A stretch of 64,000 nt of DNA from Scytolyngbya sp. HA4215-MV1 (lineage in GTDB: Bacteria > Cyanobacteriota > Cyanobacteriia > Leptolyngbyales > Leptolyngbyaceae): NCBI GenBank assembly GCA_019359045.1, contig JAHHIA010000002.1, forward strand, positions 116,401 to 180,400. Direction: 5' to 3'. Under the pieces are notes generated by a model. The model saw nothing but the letters and a program-made list of their open reading frames with translations. It had not been told where the DNA came from and did not search any database. Below, one piece after another: positions 36,088 through 46,121 of the stretch (positions are counted from its first letter, which is position 1; each line of letters begins with the position of its first letter). The translations under genes and the position numbers were made by a program.

Positions 36088-38631
36088 ATGAGCGACCAGG
36101 CAACCAAACCTATTCACAAAAGCAGATTCCGTTTTTTATTCACCTGCCTTGCCCTAGGTGTGGGCTTGTGTGTGCCGCTGGTTAAGCCAAAGCCAGTCGC
36201 CGCTGCCGAACGGATTTTGCTGTCTTATGGCTTGTTGGAAGTATCGCTTCCGATCGAATCTTTGTCAGTCTTTGTCAAAGAAGGGAAAGTCGATAGTGAA
36301 TTTGCTTTTTTTGCTCATCACCTGAAGCCACAACAGTTGACATTGTTACGGGATGGGTTACAGAAACAGTTGAAGATCAATCCGGGGATGCTCGATCGCC
36401 TACTGAGCATTCAGATGGCGGAAGCAGGTATTAAGCGTCTGGGACAAATTATCCAAACCGATTCCCGAATTAATGGCTTCTACGCGATTCGGGCTGCTGT
36501 CTTGCTGGCAGCCAGCGATCGGGAAGGCTTAACCGTTCTCAATGTGATGCGCCACTACCCTACCAAAAGTGTACGTATCGATGTGGCAACCGTACTGGAA
36601 CTGGCAAAACAGGTGACCGTCCTGCCTCACTATCGAGATGCGATTGTTGCTGCCATCTCGCAAGAATCTGCCACCGAATCTGCTGCCGATCCTGCCATCA
36701 ACTATGCCCAACTACCTGACCTAGGTAAACCGGGTCCCTATCGAGTTAACAAACAGACCCTGACTTTTAAGGTGGATGCCCTGCGACCAACCCTGGAAGG
36801 ACTTTCGACGACCTATGATCTGGTCACGGATGTCTATCTACCGGAAGGTCTTACCCAACCGGCTCCCATGGTGGTGGTAACCCATGGCTTTGGTTCCACG
36901 CGAGCTTCCTACGGTTACATTGCCCAACACCTGGCAAGCCATGGCTTTGTCACCGTCGCACCTGAACATCTGGGTAGTGACCTGGCATACCGCAACGCTT
37001 ATCTGGCAGGCGAAGGGTTAAATGTGGATATCAGTCCACTGGAGTTTATTAGTCGCAATCTGGATATCAGTTACACGATCGACAAACTGCAACAACTCGC
37101 TACTACCGATCCTGCCTGGACAAATCGGATCAATTTTCAGCAAATTGGAGTGATGGGCAACTCCTTTGGCGGCACCACGGCACTGGCAGTGGCTGGAGCC
37201 ACTATTAACCAGGCACGACTGAGCCAGGAATGTACCCCCGATCAGCACATCCTCAACTTTTCAGTGCTGTTGCAATGTCGTGCTCGTTATTTGCCGCCCC
37301 AACCCTATCGTGTTGCCGATCCCCGCATTAAAGCCACCTTTGCCGCCTATCCGCTAACCAGTGTGCTGTTTGGGCCCGAAGGCTTGAGCACCATCAACAT
37401 TCCGACTTTCATCATGGCGGGCAGTCGCGATGTCTTTACACCCGTGATTGTGGAGCAGATGCATCCCTTTATCTGGCTCAAAACCCCGGAAAAGTATCTG
37501 GGCATGATGATCAACGGCACCCATTTCTCCACGGCTGAAGACGCGGTCAGTGTGAAATTGCCCGGTCTGCTGAAAAGTCCGCGTCCTGATATTGGGCGTC
37601 GATACTTTCAGAGTATGAGTGTGGCGTTCTTTCATGTTTATTTAGAAAATCGGGCGGAGTTTCGCCCCTACCTCACCGCTTCTTACGCCGATGCGTTGAC
37701 GGTGGCGTATGGGCAATCTCCTACTACTGCCGATACCTTGCCACTGAAGTTGGTGCGATCGCTGACACCGGCCCAAATCATCACCGCCTATGGCAAAGAG
37801 CCACCGCTGCCGATCGTCCCCAAACCGGTTCTCGCCATTGCCCCCCAACCCAAAGAATCGATCTTGCAAGAAATCCAGCGCACGGGCACTCTCAAAGTGG
37901 CATTTCGCGGCGATACGCCTCCCTTTAGCTACTTTGATGCCCAAGCCAATCGCTGGACTGGTTACTGTGATGCGCTGGCAGATGCCCTCGCCAGCCAACT
38001 CACCCAGCAGCTCAATGTGCCTGGTGGGGTGGAAGTGGTCAGGTTCAATGCGTCACTGGACGATCGCTTCAAGCTGGTACAAGACAAAACGGTGCATTTG
38101 GGCTGTGGACCCGACACCATCCGCCAAGATGTCAAAGGCGTGGCATTCTCCTATCCATTTTTTGCTACAGGCACACAATTGCTCGTTAAAAAAGGCAACG
38201 AAGCCCCGATTAACCCCAATGGGTTTCTCGAAGGGATTCGTATTGGCACGTTCAAAAATAGCCTGACCGAACAGTTTATTCAAAATCACTATCCCAAAGC
38301 CAAATCAGTCAATTTTCTAGGTGCGATCGGCAGGGAGCAGGGGTTGCAATCACTTAATCAGGGAGAAATTGATGCCCTTGCCAGTGATGGAGTGTTGCTC
38401 CTCGGTGCTTTGCGTCAGCAAAAACTTAGCGTTGAGAACTACACACTCATTCCCCAAAAGCCTCTGTCTTGCGACTTCTACGGTTTAGCCCTTCCCAGCG
38501 CCGATAAACGCTGGCAAGAGACGGTGAATGCCTTTATGGAAGCCAAGGTGGCAAAACAAGTACAGCAAACGTGGCTGGCTGAGGCAATTCCAACTGCGCT
38601 ATCGGATGCTGGGTATTGTTTGAGTCAATAG
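36088..38631 (+). CDS. Large secreted fusion protein: DUF1400-like N-terminal domain, an alpha/beta hydrolase and a C-terminal family-3 solute-binding-protein-like domain
   Basis: Signal peptide/TM (FRFLFTCLALGVGLCVPLV). The alpha/beta hydrolase has a GxSxG nucleophile elbow (GVMGNSFGGTTALAVAG) and VVVTHGFGS. The C-terminal about 250 aa resemble periplasmic amino-acid-binding proteins (TGTLKVAFRGDTPPFSYFD...). Confidence 0.6.
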   Translation: MSDQATKPIHKSRFRFLFTCLALGVGLCVPLVKPKPVAAAERILLSYGLLEVSLPIESLSVFVKEGKVDSEFAFFAHHLKPQQLTLLRDGLQKQLKINPGMLDRLLSIQMAEAGIKRLGQIIQTDSRINGFYAIRAAVLLAASDREGLTVLNVMRHYPTKSVRIDVATVLELAKQVTVLPHYRDAIVAAISQESATESAADPAINYAQLPDLGKPGPYRVNKQTLTFKVDALRPTLEGLSTTYDLVTDVYLPEGLTQPAPMVVVTHGFGSTRASYGYIAQHLASHGFVTVAPEHLGSDLAYRNAYLAGEGLNVDISPLEFISRNLDISYTIDKLQQLATTDPAWTNRINFQQIGVMGNSFGGTTALAVAGATINQARLSQECTPDQHILNFSVLLQCRARYLPPQPYRVADPRIKATFAAYPLTSVLFGPEGLSTINIPTFIMAGSRDVFTPVIVEQMHPFIWLKTPEKYLGMMINGTHFSTAEDAVSVKLPGLLKSPRPDIGRRYFQSMSVAFFHVYLENRAEFRPYLTASYADALTVAYGQSPTTADTLPLKLVRSLTPAQIITAYGKEPPLPIVPKPVLAIAPQPKESILQEIQRTGTLKVAFRGDTPPFSYFDAQANRWTGYCDALADALASQLTQQLNVPGGVEVVRFNASLDDRFKLVQDKTVHLGCGPDTIRQDVKGVAFSYPFFATGTQLLVKKGNEAPINPNGFLEGIRIGTFKNSLTEQFIQNHYPKAKSVNFLGAIGREQGLQSLNQGEIDALASDGVLLLGALRQQKLSVENYTLIPQKPLSCDFYGLALPSADKRWQETVNAFMEAKVAKQVQQTWLAEAIPTALSDAGYCLSQ

Positions 38632-38671
38632 AATACCCTGTCTCTAGGGAGCAACGGTTATGTTCTAGACA

Positions 38672-38728
38672 TGTTGTTGATATTTTTGAAAGCTTTGCTC
38701 AGCAAAGCTTTCAAAAATATCAACAACA
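38672..38728. repeat. Perfect 28-bp inverted repeat separated by 1 nt (TGTTGTTGATATTTTTGAAAGCTTTGCT c AGCAAAGCTTTCAAAAATATCAACAACA)
   Basis: Read directly. It starts 41 nt after the stop of the 847-aa gene. It is too long and too AT-rich for a typical intrinsic terminator. Confidence 0.6.
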
Positions 38729-38959
38729 CCTTTGAAGCACTACCGGGAGCATCATTGGGCATGGGATCAGTTTTCACTAAAAGCCCCCAGACGTCTGACC
38801 TTGTTTCGACTCCGGGGGCTCGTTAGTTTTCTGTTCACTCCTCACACAAGCCAATCATGCCGCAGACGTTCCCAGATTTCTGTCTTTCTTATTACAAAAC
38901 TTCAAAATCACTCTGGAGTAGGACTGAAAGCGCCAACAAAGCTGAACAGTCGGCATAAT

Positions 38960-39336
38960 TTTAACCCAGCTTTTTCTGTAGAAGATGAAATCCCTGGGTA
39001 TGCGGTGGAATTTCGCCAGCGAACCCAAACAGGTGACTGGGAATGGATTCTCTCGTTGGGCAAAATCATTACCTGCCATCCCAGACAACCCCTTACGAAT
39101 GCTGGGCACTTACACCGGACATTACCGATCGCAAACAAGCAGAAGCAGCACGATTGCAAGCTGAGCAGATTCGCCAAGAGCTAACCCTACTGGAACAGAT
39201 TCTTGACGTTATCCTGGCAGGATACTGGGATTGGGATATTGCCCATAGCCAAGAATATCTAAGCCCCGGTTTCAAACACATGTTTAGCTATGAAGATAAT
39301 GAGCTACCGAACTCACCCGAAACTTGGATGCATTGA
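38960..39336 (+). pseudogene. Frameshifted fragment of a multi-PAS sensor protein
   Basis: One frame carries a PAS-core-like run (YAVEFRQRTQTGDWEWILSLGKII). A second frame continues with the inter-PAS linker and the start of the next PAS (TPDITDRKQAEAARLQAEQIRQ...GYWDWDIAHSQEYLSPGFKHMFSY) and then stops. There is no N-terminus or kinase domain. Confidence 0.5.
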
Positions 39337-39343
39337 AAATGTG

Positions 39344-39748
39344 CTAAATCTCTGTTCGGGAAATCGAACTGAGCATTGAAATTAAGGGACAAACGATACA
39401 CCCAGCCACAATCATAAACTTAATAACATTGATGGCTTTTTCCATTTCATCAGGGCGATTCGCTTCCACTGGCATCCATACCAAAACTACAATCGTAAAG
39501 ATCAATCCCAAGATCAGTCCCAAAATTGCGCCCCCTGCTGCTGCCCAATACCAGCGCGGACGAACTCCCTGATCCTGCGCCTGCGCTTTATATGTAATAC
39601 CGACCCAGAGACTAAACGCCAGCCAAGCCAACGGCGTCATGAACACCGCTCCAGGATAGCCAGAAAACGTTGCCCCCCCCACTATAACTAGCCACCATAG
39701 CAGTGGCTGCAGCATCGCGTAGCCCAATAAGAGAAGATGCGTTTTCAT
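39344..39748 (-). CDS. hypothetical integral membrane protein (about 4 TM)
   Basis: 134 aa, four hydrophobic segments, no motif. Confidence 0.45.
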   Translation of the reverse strand: MKTHLLLLGYAMLQPLLWWLVIVGGATFSGYPGAVFMTPLAWLAFSLWVGITYKAQAQDQGVRPRWYWAAAGGAILGLILGLIFTIVVLVWMPVEANRPDEMEKAINVIKFMIVAGCIVCPLISMLSSISRTEI

Positions 39749-40003
39749 AGGAAAACCTCAAAATGCACCCAACTTGCTCTAAATAGCAGATTGCAACAAT
39801 CAATGCATCAGTAATGGGACTAACAACTCCGTTGTGCCTGCATACAAGATCGCCTTAAGGATCACAGATTAATTAATGTGTAATTCTCGGCGTAGAGTTA
39901 TGGCATTCAGTAAAACATTCTTGCATTGCTCTAGAAACCTCAGCCGAATGCCGCGCCCGTACAGTAGAAATTCAGTGTTATTTAATCCACGTTCCTAAGT
40001 AGA

Positions 40004-43000
40004 TCATTCATTTGCAGTGCTGATGCCTCTATCATTTGCGCCCTCTGAATCAACCACCAGCCTGGCAATTGTCTGCATCAGCAAATCGGGCTCAAGCGGT
40101 TTGGCAAGATGTTCTTGAAAGCCCGCTTCCAGCGCTTTTTGTTGGTCAATTTCTCGCACATAGGCAGTAAGGGCGATCGCCGGAATTGTCCCCCCTTGTT
40201 CAGGAGGTAACGCCCGTACTTTTTGCATTAGGGTATAGCCATCCACCGTTGGCATCCCGACATCACTGATCAAAACATGGGGCTGGAATGACGGGATCGC
40301 AGCCAAAAAATCTGAACTGGAGGTCACCGTCATCACTTCGGCACCATATTCTTCTAATAAAACTGTGAGCAATTCACGCGCATCCGGATCATCGTCGATC
40401 GTCAGCACCCTTACTCCAACCAGATCGCATTCCTCTATCACTATCCCATCGACCGGAGAAATGCCTGGCTCCGTTGACAACAAGGGTAACTGAACAGCAA
40501 AGGTTGCCCCCAGCCCTTCGCCTCGGCTATACGCCGAGACTGTTCCACCGTGAGCTTCGACCAAATATCGGACGATCGCTAGCCCCAAACCCAACCCACC
40601 ATGTTGCCGGGTAATGGACACATCTTCTTGTCGGAACGACTCAAACAAATAAGGCAGAAACGTAGGATTGATGCCCTTGCCATTATCAGTGACCGTAATT
40701 TGTGCCTGATCGCCAATGGGTTCCAACTGGATAGTCACCATTCCTCCACTCGGTGTAAATTTGATGGCGTTGGAAAGCAAGTTCCAAACGATTTGCTGGA
40801 AACGGGCTGCATCGCCCGCCACCGTCCCCGTAGGCAACAATTTGGGAGAAATGAGAATCGATTTGGCAACCGCAGCCGTTTTGACAGTTTCAATTGCCTG
40901 CTCAATCACAATCGCTAAGTTAACTGGAGCAACATTTAAACTGAGTTTGCCGCGCAAAATCTTAGCCACATCCAACAGATCATCAATCAATTGGGTTTGA
41001 AGTTTGGCGTTGCGCTCGATCGTGGCTAATGCTTCTGCAGTACGAGTAGGGTCAAATTTACGCGATTGCAGGAGTTTCGTCCAACCCAGGATAGGGTTGA
41101 GGGGCGATCTCAACTCATGAGATAGAATTGCCAGGAATTCATCCTTCACCCGATTCACTCGTTCAGCTTCAGTGCGAGCATTTTTTTCTAACTGAAGTAG
41201 TCGATCTCGTTCACCTTCCAGTTGTTTTTGCGCTTCGATGTTGGTCGCCGTGCCAAACCACTTCAGCACTTGTCCCTGTTCATTTTTTTGCGGGATTGCC
41301 TGGTGTAAGTGCCAACGGAATGCACCATCAGATTGACGCATGCGTCCTTCTGCCTGATAGGGTGCCCCTGTATGAACCGCAACCGCCCATTGTTGACTAA
41401 GAATGGGCAAGTCATCAGGATGAATAATCACCTCCCAGCCATGGATTTGCACTTGCTCCAGACTCAATCCAGTAAATTTTGTCCAACGCTGATTGACATC
41501 CAGCAGTAAACCTTCTGGATCTGCCGTCCACACCAATTGAGGAATCAATTCTGCCAGACACCGATAGCGTTCCTCACTTTGTCGCAAGGCTTCTTCAGTT
41601 TGTTTGCGTTGGGTAATGTCGATCGCCACACCCATCAATCGAATTGGTTGTCCGAGTGCATTATAAGCACAGTGACCTTTTGCCGCAATCCACCGCACAG
41701 TCCCATCTGGCCACAAGCTGCGGTATTCAATGTCATAGTCCACGTGATCATAAATTGCAGCAGTCACAGCTTCGTTAGTACGTAGGCGATCGTCCGGGTA
41801 TAGCGCGTTGAGAAACACCTCATAAGACATTTCGGCATCCGGAGCCAAACCAAACAATGCCTTACATTGCGTTGTCCAGGTCAAAATATCCTTTTCCAGA
41901 TCCCAATACCACATTCCCTGCCTAGAAGATTCCAAAACCAAACGCAAGCGTTCTTCACTTTGTTGCAAAGACGCTTCTGCCTGCTTAAAGTCGTCAATAT
42001 CGGTGTTAGTGCCAAACCAGCGAATCATCTGCCCTGCTTCGTTTCGGATAGGAATAGCACGAGATAAGAACCAGCGATAGGTGCCATCTTGTCCCCGCAG
42101 CGGGAAAGTATCTTCCCAGAGCGTACCCGTTTCAATACAGTGGCGAAAATATTTAACTACGCGATCGACGTGAGCAGGATGCAGGACTTGTTGCCAGCCC
42201 CATCCCTGCATTTCTTCTAGTGTGGTGCCGGTGTATTCAAACCAGCGACGGTTATACCAGGTAGTCCAACCACTGGCGTCTGTCATCCAGGCAAACTGGG
42301 ACATGTTATCTGCCAGAGTACGGAACTGTTCTTCGCTGGCTTTTTGGGCAGCTTCTGCTTGTTTACGAGCGCTAATATCCTGGTGAACGCCTGCCATGAT
42401 TAGGGGTTTGCCCTGTTCATCCCGAACCACGATTTTGCCGTAGTTGGCAATCCATTTCCAGTGGCCCGATCGCGTACGGAGCCGATATTCAAATCGATAA
42501 GGAATCGTATCATTTTCCAGATGGGCATTCAGGCGATCGATCACCCAGGGTTTGTCATCGGGATGGATGAGTTGCACCCAAGTACTGAGATGCCCCGTGA
42601 GTTCGCCTGGGCGATAGTCCAGCATTTCTAGCCAGCCAGAACTAATGTAGATATCTCCCGTTGCGATCGTCCAATTCCAGATCCCACTGCCCGATCCATC
42701 CAGGGAGAGTTGCAGGCGCTCTTCACTCACTCTCAGTTCGGCTTCGGCTTGTTTCCGTTCCGCTAGCTCTTGTTGTGCTTGTTGATACAGCTCAGCCTGT
42801 CGAACCGCAATACTCACTTGTGCCCCTAACTGCTGAAGCAAATCGATTTCCAAAGGTTGCCATTGCCGGGGAGCTACGCAGTGGTGGGCAATCAACAATC
42901 CCCATCGTTTGTCCTCGTACAGAATGGCAACGACCAGATTTGCCTGGATTTGAAACTGGCTGAGCAGTTCGACATAGCAAGGTTCAACACTACCATCGTA

Positions 43001-43699
43001 AATATTTGCCTTGGCAACACCCTTACTCTGATGGCTCAAATCGTGGGTAGAGTGGTCCATACAAATATCTTCAAATTGCATTGACAGTAGAGATTGCCAG
43101 CTCTCTCCCACAGACTCTGCAACAACCGTACTCCGACTTCCAGCATCCAACCGCAAAATCACCACGCGATCGGTTTGGAGAAACTGCCGAACCCCAATCA
43201 CCGTGGCGTCTAGAATGTCATTCAGATCCAACGATTGACGAATTTGCTGGGTAATTTGGGCACTCAATCGCTCTAGGTCGATCCGTTGTTGCAGTTGGGT
43301 GCGCAGTTGAACCGTTGAAATTGCACCATTGACCGCTAATTGCAAGCTTTCAGGTGTAATTTGTTCTTTGACTAAATAGTCTTGTGCGCCAATTTTAATT
43401 GCCTGGACAGCAATCTCTTCGCTCCCTTGCCCCGTCACCATAATCACAGGCAAGCTGATCTGCTCACACTGCTGTTGGAGTCGAGTCAGAAATGTCAACC
43501 CATCCAAATCGGGCAGTCGATAATCCAGCAAGACCACATCCGGACGCTGCTGTTGCCAGAGTTTTAATCCAGCTTCGCCCAAACTCGCTTCTAAAAATTG
43601 ATAGCTGTGGTCTTTATCTCGACGCAAATATCGCTGATAAAGTGCTCGATCGACCGAATCATCATCAATGATCAAAATGGTGCGCTGAATTTGACTCAT
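40004..43699 (-). CDS. Multi-sensor hybrid histidine kinase (REC-GAF-PASx5-HisKA-HATPase_c-REC)
   Basis: N-terminal REC (ILIIDDDSVDRALY...VVLLDYRLPDLDG); repeated PAS units each followed by D[IT]T[EQ]RKQ[AT]E linkers; H-box HELRSPLNPILGW; N/G-box ATPase (NLLSNAIKFT, DNGKGI, GGLGLGL); C-terminal REC (VLTIDDDPDARELL...ISDVGMP). Confidence 0.9.
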   Translation of the reverse strand: MSQIQRTILIIDDDSVDRALYQRYLRRDKDHSYQFLEASLGEAGLKLWQQQRPDVVLLDYRLPDLDGLTFLTRLQQQCEQISLPVIMVTGQGSEEIAVQAIKIGAQDYLVKEQITPESLQLAVNGAISTVQLRTQLQQRIDLERLSAQITQQIRQSLDLNDILDATVIGVRQFLQTDRVVILRLDAGSRSTVVAESVGESWQSLLSMQFEDICMDHSTHDLSHQSKGVAKANIYDGSVEPCYVELLSQFQIQANLVVAILYEDKRWGLLIAHHCVAPRQWQPLEIDLLQQLGAQVSIAVRQAELYQQAQQELAERKQAEAELRVSEERLQLSLDGSGSGIWNWTIATGDIYISSGWLEMLDYRPGELTGHLSTWVQLIHPDDKPWVIDRLNAHLENDTIPYRFEYRLRTRSGHWKWIANYGKIVVRDEQGKPLIMAGVHQDISARKQAEAAQKASEEQFRTLADNMSQFAWMTDASGWTTWYNRRWFEYTGTTLEEMQGWGWQQVLHPAHVDRVVKYFRHCIETGTLWEDTFPLRGQDGTYRWFLSRAIPIRNEAGQMIRWFGTNTDIDDFKQAEASLQQSEERLRLVLESSRQGMWYWDLEKDILTWTTQCKALFGLAPDAEMSYEVFLNALYPDDRLRTNEAVTAAIYDHVDYDIEYRSLWPDGTVRWIAAKGHCAYNALGQPIRLMGVAIDITQRKQTEEALRQSEERYRCLAELIPQLVWTADPEGLLLDVNQRWTKFTGLSLEQVQIHGWEVIIHPDDLPILSQQWAVAVHTGAPYQAEGRMRQSDGAFRWHLHQAIPQKNEQGQVLKWFGTATNIEAQKQLEGERDRLLQLEKNARTEAERVNRVKDEFLAILSHELRSPLNPILGWTKLLQSRKFDPTRTAEALATIERNAKLQTQLIDDLLDVAKILRGKLSLNVAPVNLAIVIEQAIETVKTAAVAKSILISPKLLPTGTVAGDAARFQQIVWNLLSNAIKFTPSGGMVTIQLEPIGDQAQITVTDNGKGINPTFLPYLFESFRQEDVSITRQHGGLGLGLAIVRYLVEAHGGTVSAYSRGEGLGATFAVQLPLLSTEPGISPVDGIVIEECDLVGVRVLTIDDDPDARELLTVLLEEYGAEVMTVTSSSDFLAAIPSFQPHVLISDVGMPTVDGYTLMQKVRALPPEQGGTIPAIALTAYVREIDQQKALEAGFQEHLAKPLEPDLLMQTIARLVVDSEGANDRGISTANE

Positions 43700-43725
43700 G
43701 GAGGATTAGGGAAATCGAGCTGCTT

Positions 43726-44087
43726 CTAAGAGGATATTTTAAAAGTCCTTTCGCAGGTAGTAACAGACACGATCCCCCTAACTCCCCGTGCTAATGCACC
43801 GCTGCGCTAGAAAAAGAGGGGACTTCGAGGCTGATCCCCCTCTTTTTAAGGCTACCGTGTACACACAAGTAATCAGTGATGTCATTGAGTGGGTTGATCC
43901 CCCTAAATCCCCCTAAAAAGGGAACTATGAAATCTGAAGCCCCTTTTTAAGGGGGGGGGTGGGGGGATCTCCAGGGGTTTCGCCTTGAATCTGAGATTTG
44001 TGTGTACACCGTAGCCTTTTAAGGGGGGCCAGATGGGGGATCTCCGAGTGCTCAACATCACAGCGGGCACCTTTTCAAACACCCTCT
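43726..44087. repeat. Copy 1 of a duplicated upstream element of about 220 bp (shared with 46122-46345), here interrupted by a 166-bp MITE-like insertion
   Basis: Colinear blocks match copy 2 directly: TCTAAGAGGATATTTTAAAAGTCCTTTCG.AGGTAG.AACAGACACGATC; GCACCGCTGCGCTAGAAAAAGAGGGGACTTCGAGGCTGATCCCC; GGATCTCCGAGTGCTCAACATCACAGCGGGCACCTTTTCAAACACCCT. It lies 27 nt upstream of the 1231-aa kinase start. Confidence 0.7.
43851..44016. mobile_element. MITE-like miniature element with 19-bp terminal inverted repeats (GGCTACCGTGTACACACAA / TTGTGTGTACACCGTAGCC, 1 mismatch) flanked by a TTTTAAG(G) direct duplication
   Basis: Read directly. The flanks TTTTTAAGG|...|TTTTAAGGGG are both present, whereas copy 2 of the host repeat has a single TTTTTTAAGGG, consistent with a target-site duplication. 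Internal subterminal palindromes are GATCCCCCTAAA...CCCCTTTTTAAGGGGGGGGGTGGGGGGATC. Confidence 0.6.
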
Positions 44088-44342
44088 GAGACACTGCGAC
44101 CGAACCTACAACTAGGTGACTTTAAACTAATACTAATACTGTCCAAATTATGAGACAAACAACTATCTAAAGAGGGATCTATTTTATTTCCGATGGATAA
44201 CTTCTGCACAATGCTATGCCTTGATTATGAGTGGGAATATGCTCGGACGTTTTCAGCAGTTTTCAGATGGATTCGTCCCTTTACAGGGGGATGGGGAGAT
44301 GGGAGTGGCTTATGTCCATGAAAATGGCTGTAAGTCAGCTGC

Positions 44343-45839
44343 TCAGGACTGAGATCGCCCATGAGGTAGCGAGAAGTAGAAAGTTGCGCCTCCCTCGATC
44401 TCGCCTTCTGCCCAAACGCGACCGCCATGACGACGCACAATCCGCTGAACATTGGCTAGCCCAACCCCAGTGCCATCCACTGCGGTGGTATTGGGTAACC
44501 GTTGAAAAACGCTGAACAGTCGATCGGCATCCTGCATATCAAAACCGATTCCATTATCTCTAACAAAAAAGATGGTTTCGTCTAGGGTTGATCGGGCGCC
44601 GATCTCAATCTCAATACAAGGTCTCGAATAGCTATATTTCACTGCATTGTCAATCAAATTTTGCCATACCTGCCGCAGTAAGTTGCGATCGCCCTGTATC
44701 TCTGGCAAATTTGTGATCTGCCAAACAATTTCATGGTCTCTCAGCTGCATTTCAACCAAGCTACAAATTTCGTAGACCAATCGCGTCATATTAACCGTGG
44801 AATACTGCATTTCGACTCGACCTGTGCGAGAAAAATGCAACAAGTCGTCAATCATGCGTCTGCAACGGTCTGCCAAATTTTCAGTCGTTTGTAGATAGTG
44901 AAAAACTATTGCATTGCAGGGAAATGGCTCCAAAGATTGCCTGAGTAAACTCACAAACCCATTGATTTGCCGAATGGGCGATCGTAAATCGTGAGAAATG
45001 GAAAATGCAAAGGTTTCCATTTCTCCACTGATTGCCTGGATCTCCAAGGTGCGATCTTCCACCCATTGCTCTAAGGTCTGATTGCGCTGGCGCAGTGCAT
45101 TGGCAACTTGCACCTGGTCAGTGATGTCGCAGAGCAATCCTTCAATCACTTTTTGCCCATGGTTCGGCATCCCCATGGCATGAACTTGCAGCCAAACCTG
45201 TTGACCGTCTGGACGCACCCATTCCAAAATGGGAGGCGATCGAGGCGAAACTTCGGCAATTGTAGATAAGACGGATGAGTCTTGAAAAAAAACAGGCGCT
45301 GTTGCCAAAGAAGAGAAGCCTAATAAATTGAGAAAGCCCTCACTCGCTTCGAGCAATTCCCCTTGAGGAGTAGCCCGAAAAGTCCCCATATTTAATTCAT
45401 TTAAGAGCACTTTTAATCGCGACTCAGACTGAATTATCTGCTGTCTAGTCTGCTTTTTTTCTAAAATCGCACGCACAATTTGCGAGAGCCGCTCGAATTG
45501 TTCGGGTGATTTAATCACATAATCATCAAATCCCGCCTTTATCGCAGCTACCGCCACTTCTTCCGAACCCGAATTGGTCAACATCATCATGGGACAATCG
45601 GGCAGAAGTGCTTTTACCTTAGCTAAAATTTCTAATCCTGTTGTCCCATGAAGCGAAGAATCGGTAATGACCAGTTCAAAAGCGGAATTCGCTAGGGCAT
45701 TATCTAGTTCACTTAAATTACAAATCTCCTCAACCTGCACCCCCCGGAAAGATTGTTTCAGGGCTTGGATAATGAGTTGACGATCGTCAGAACTATCGTC
45801 AACTAAAAGAATAGATTGAAGGGATTGTGCTAATTCCAT
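44343..45839 (-). CDS. Hybrid response-regulator/histidine kinase (REC-PAS-HisKA-HATPase_c)
   Basis: N-terminal REC (ILLVDDSSDDRQLI...LVITDSSLHGTTG); H-box SHDLRSPIRQINGF; ATPase N/G boxes (NLIDNAVKYS, DNGIGF, GTGVGLA). Confidence 0.85.
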   Translation of the reverse strand: MELAQSLQSILLVDDSSDDRQLIIQALKQSFRGVQVEEICNLSELDNALANSAFELVITDSSLHGTTGLEILAKVKALLPDCPMMMLTNSGSEEVAVAAIKAGFDDYVIKSPEQFERLSQIVRAILEKKQTRQQIIQSESRLKVLLNELNMGTFRATPQGELLEASEGFLNLLGFSSLATAPVFFQDSSVLSTIAEVSPRSPPILEWVRPDGQQVWLQVHAMGMPNHGQKVIEGLLCDITDQVQVANALRQRNQTLEQWVEDRTLEIQAISGEMETFAFSISHDLRSPIRQINGFVSLLRQSLEPFPCNAIVFHYLQTTENLADRCRRMIDDLLHFSRTGRVEMQYSTVNMTRLVYEICSLVEMQLRDHEIVWQITNLPEIQGDRNLLRQVWQNLIDNAVKYSYSRPCIEIEIGARSTLDETIFFVRDNGIGFDMQDADRLFSVFQRLPNTTAVDGTGVGLANVQRIVRRHGGRVWAEGEIEGGATFYFSLPHGRSQS

Positions 45840-46121
45840 TTTTGTGAAATTGGATCAGGTGCCCTAAGCAATTTCTTGAACGAATGAATCAGGAAATTGT
45901 TAAAAAACAGGGCAAAAAATATTATTTTATAGAATTTAGTTGTCAAGGTTAAAAACAACTCACAACTCTAGAAATCATTATCGGAAGAATGGTCATTTCA
46001 ATCGATTGGCTATCAAATTGCTTTGTAGAATTGAAATTTTTGATAATTATTCATAATTTCAGTATAGCGGCTCGGTTCAGAATTCTCAAAAAGGTTTTCA
46101 AGAACTTTTTCTACTCAATAG

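Noticed and set aside
43903-44094. Small ORFs (43903-44094 minus, 46098-46406 minus, 46189-46382 plus) with similar peptides
   Set aside because: Their similarity is a by-product of the duplicated non-coding upstream element. One of them runs through the MITE. It is unlikely to be a gene family.
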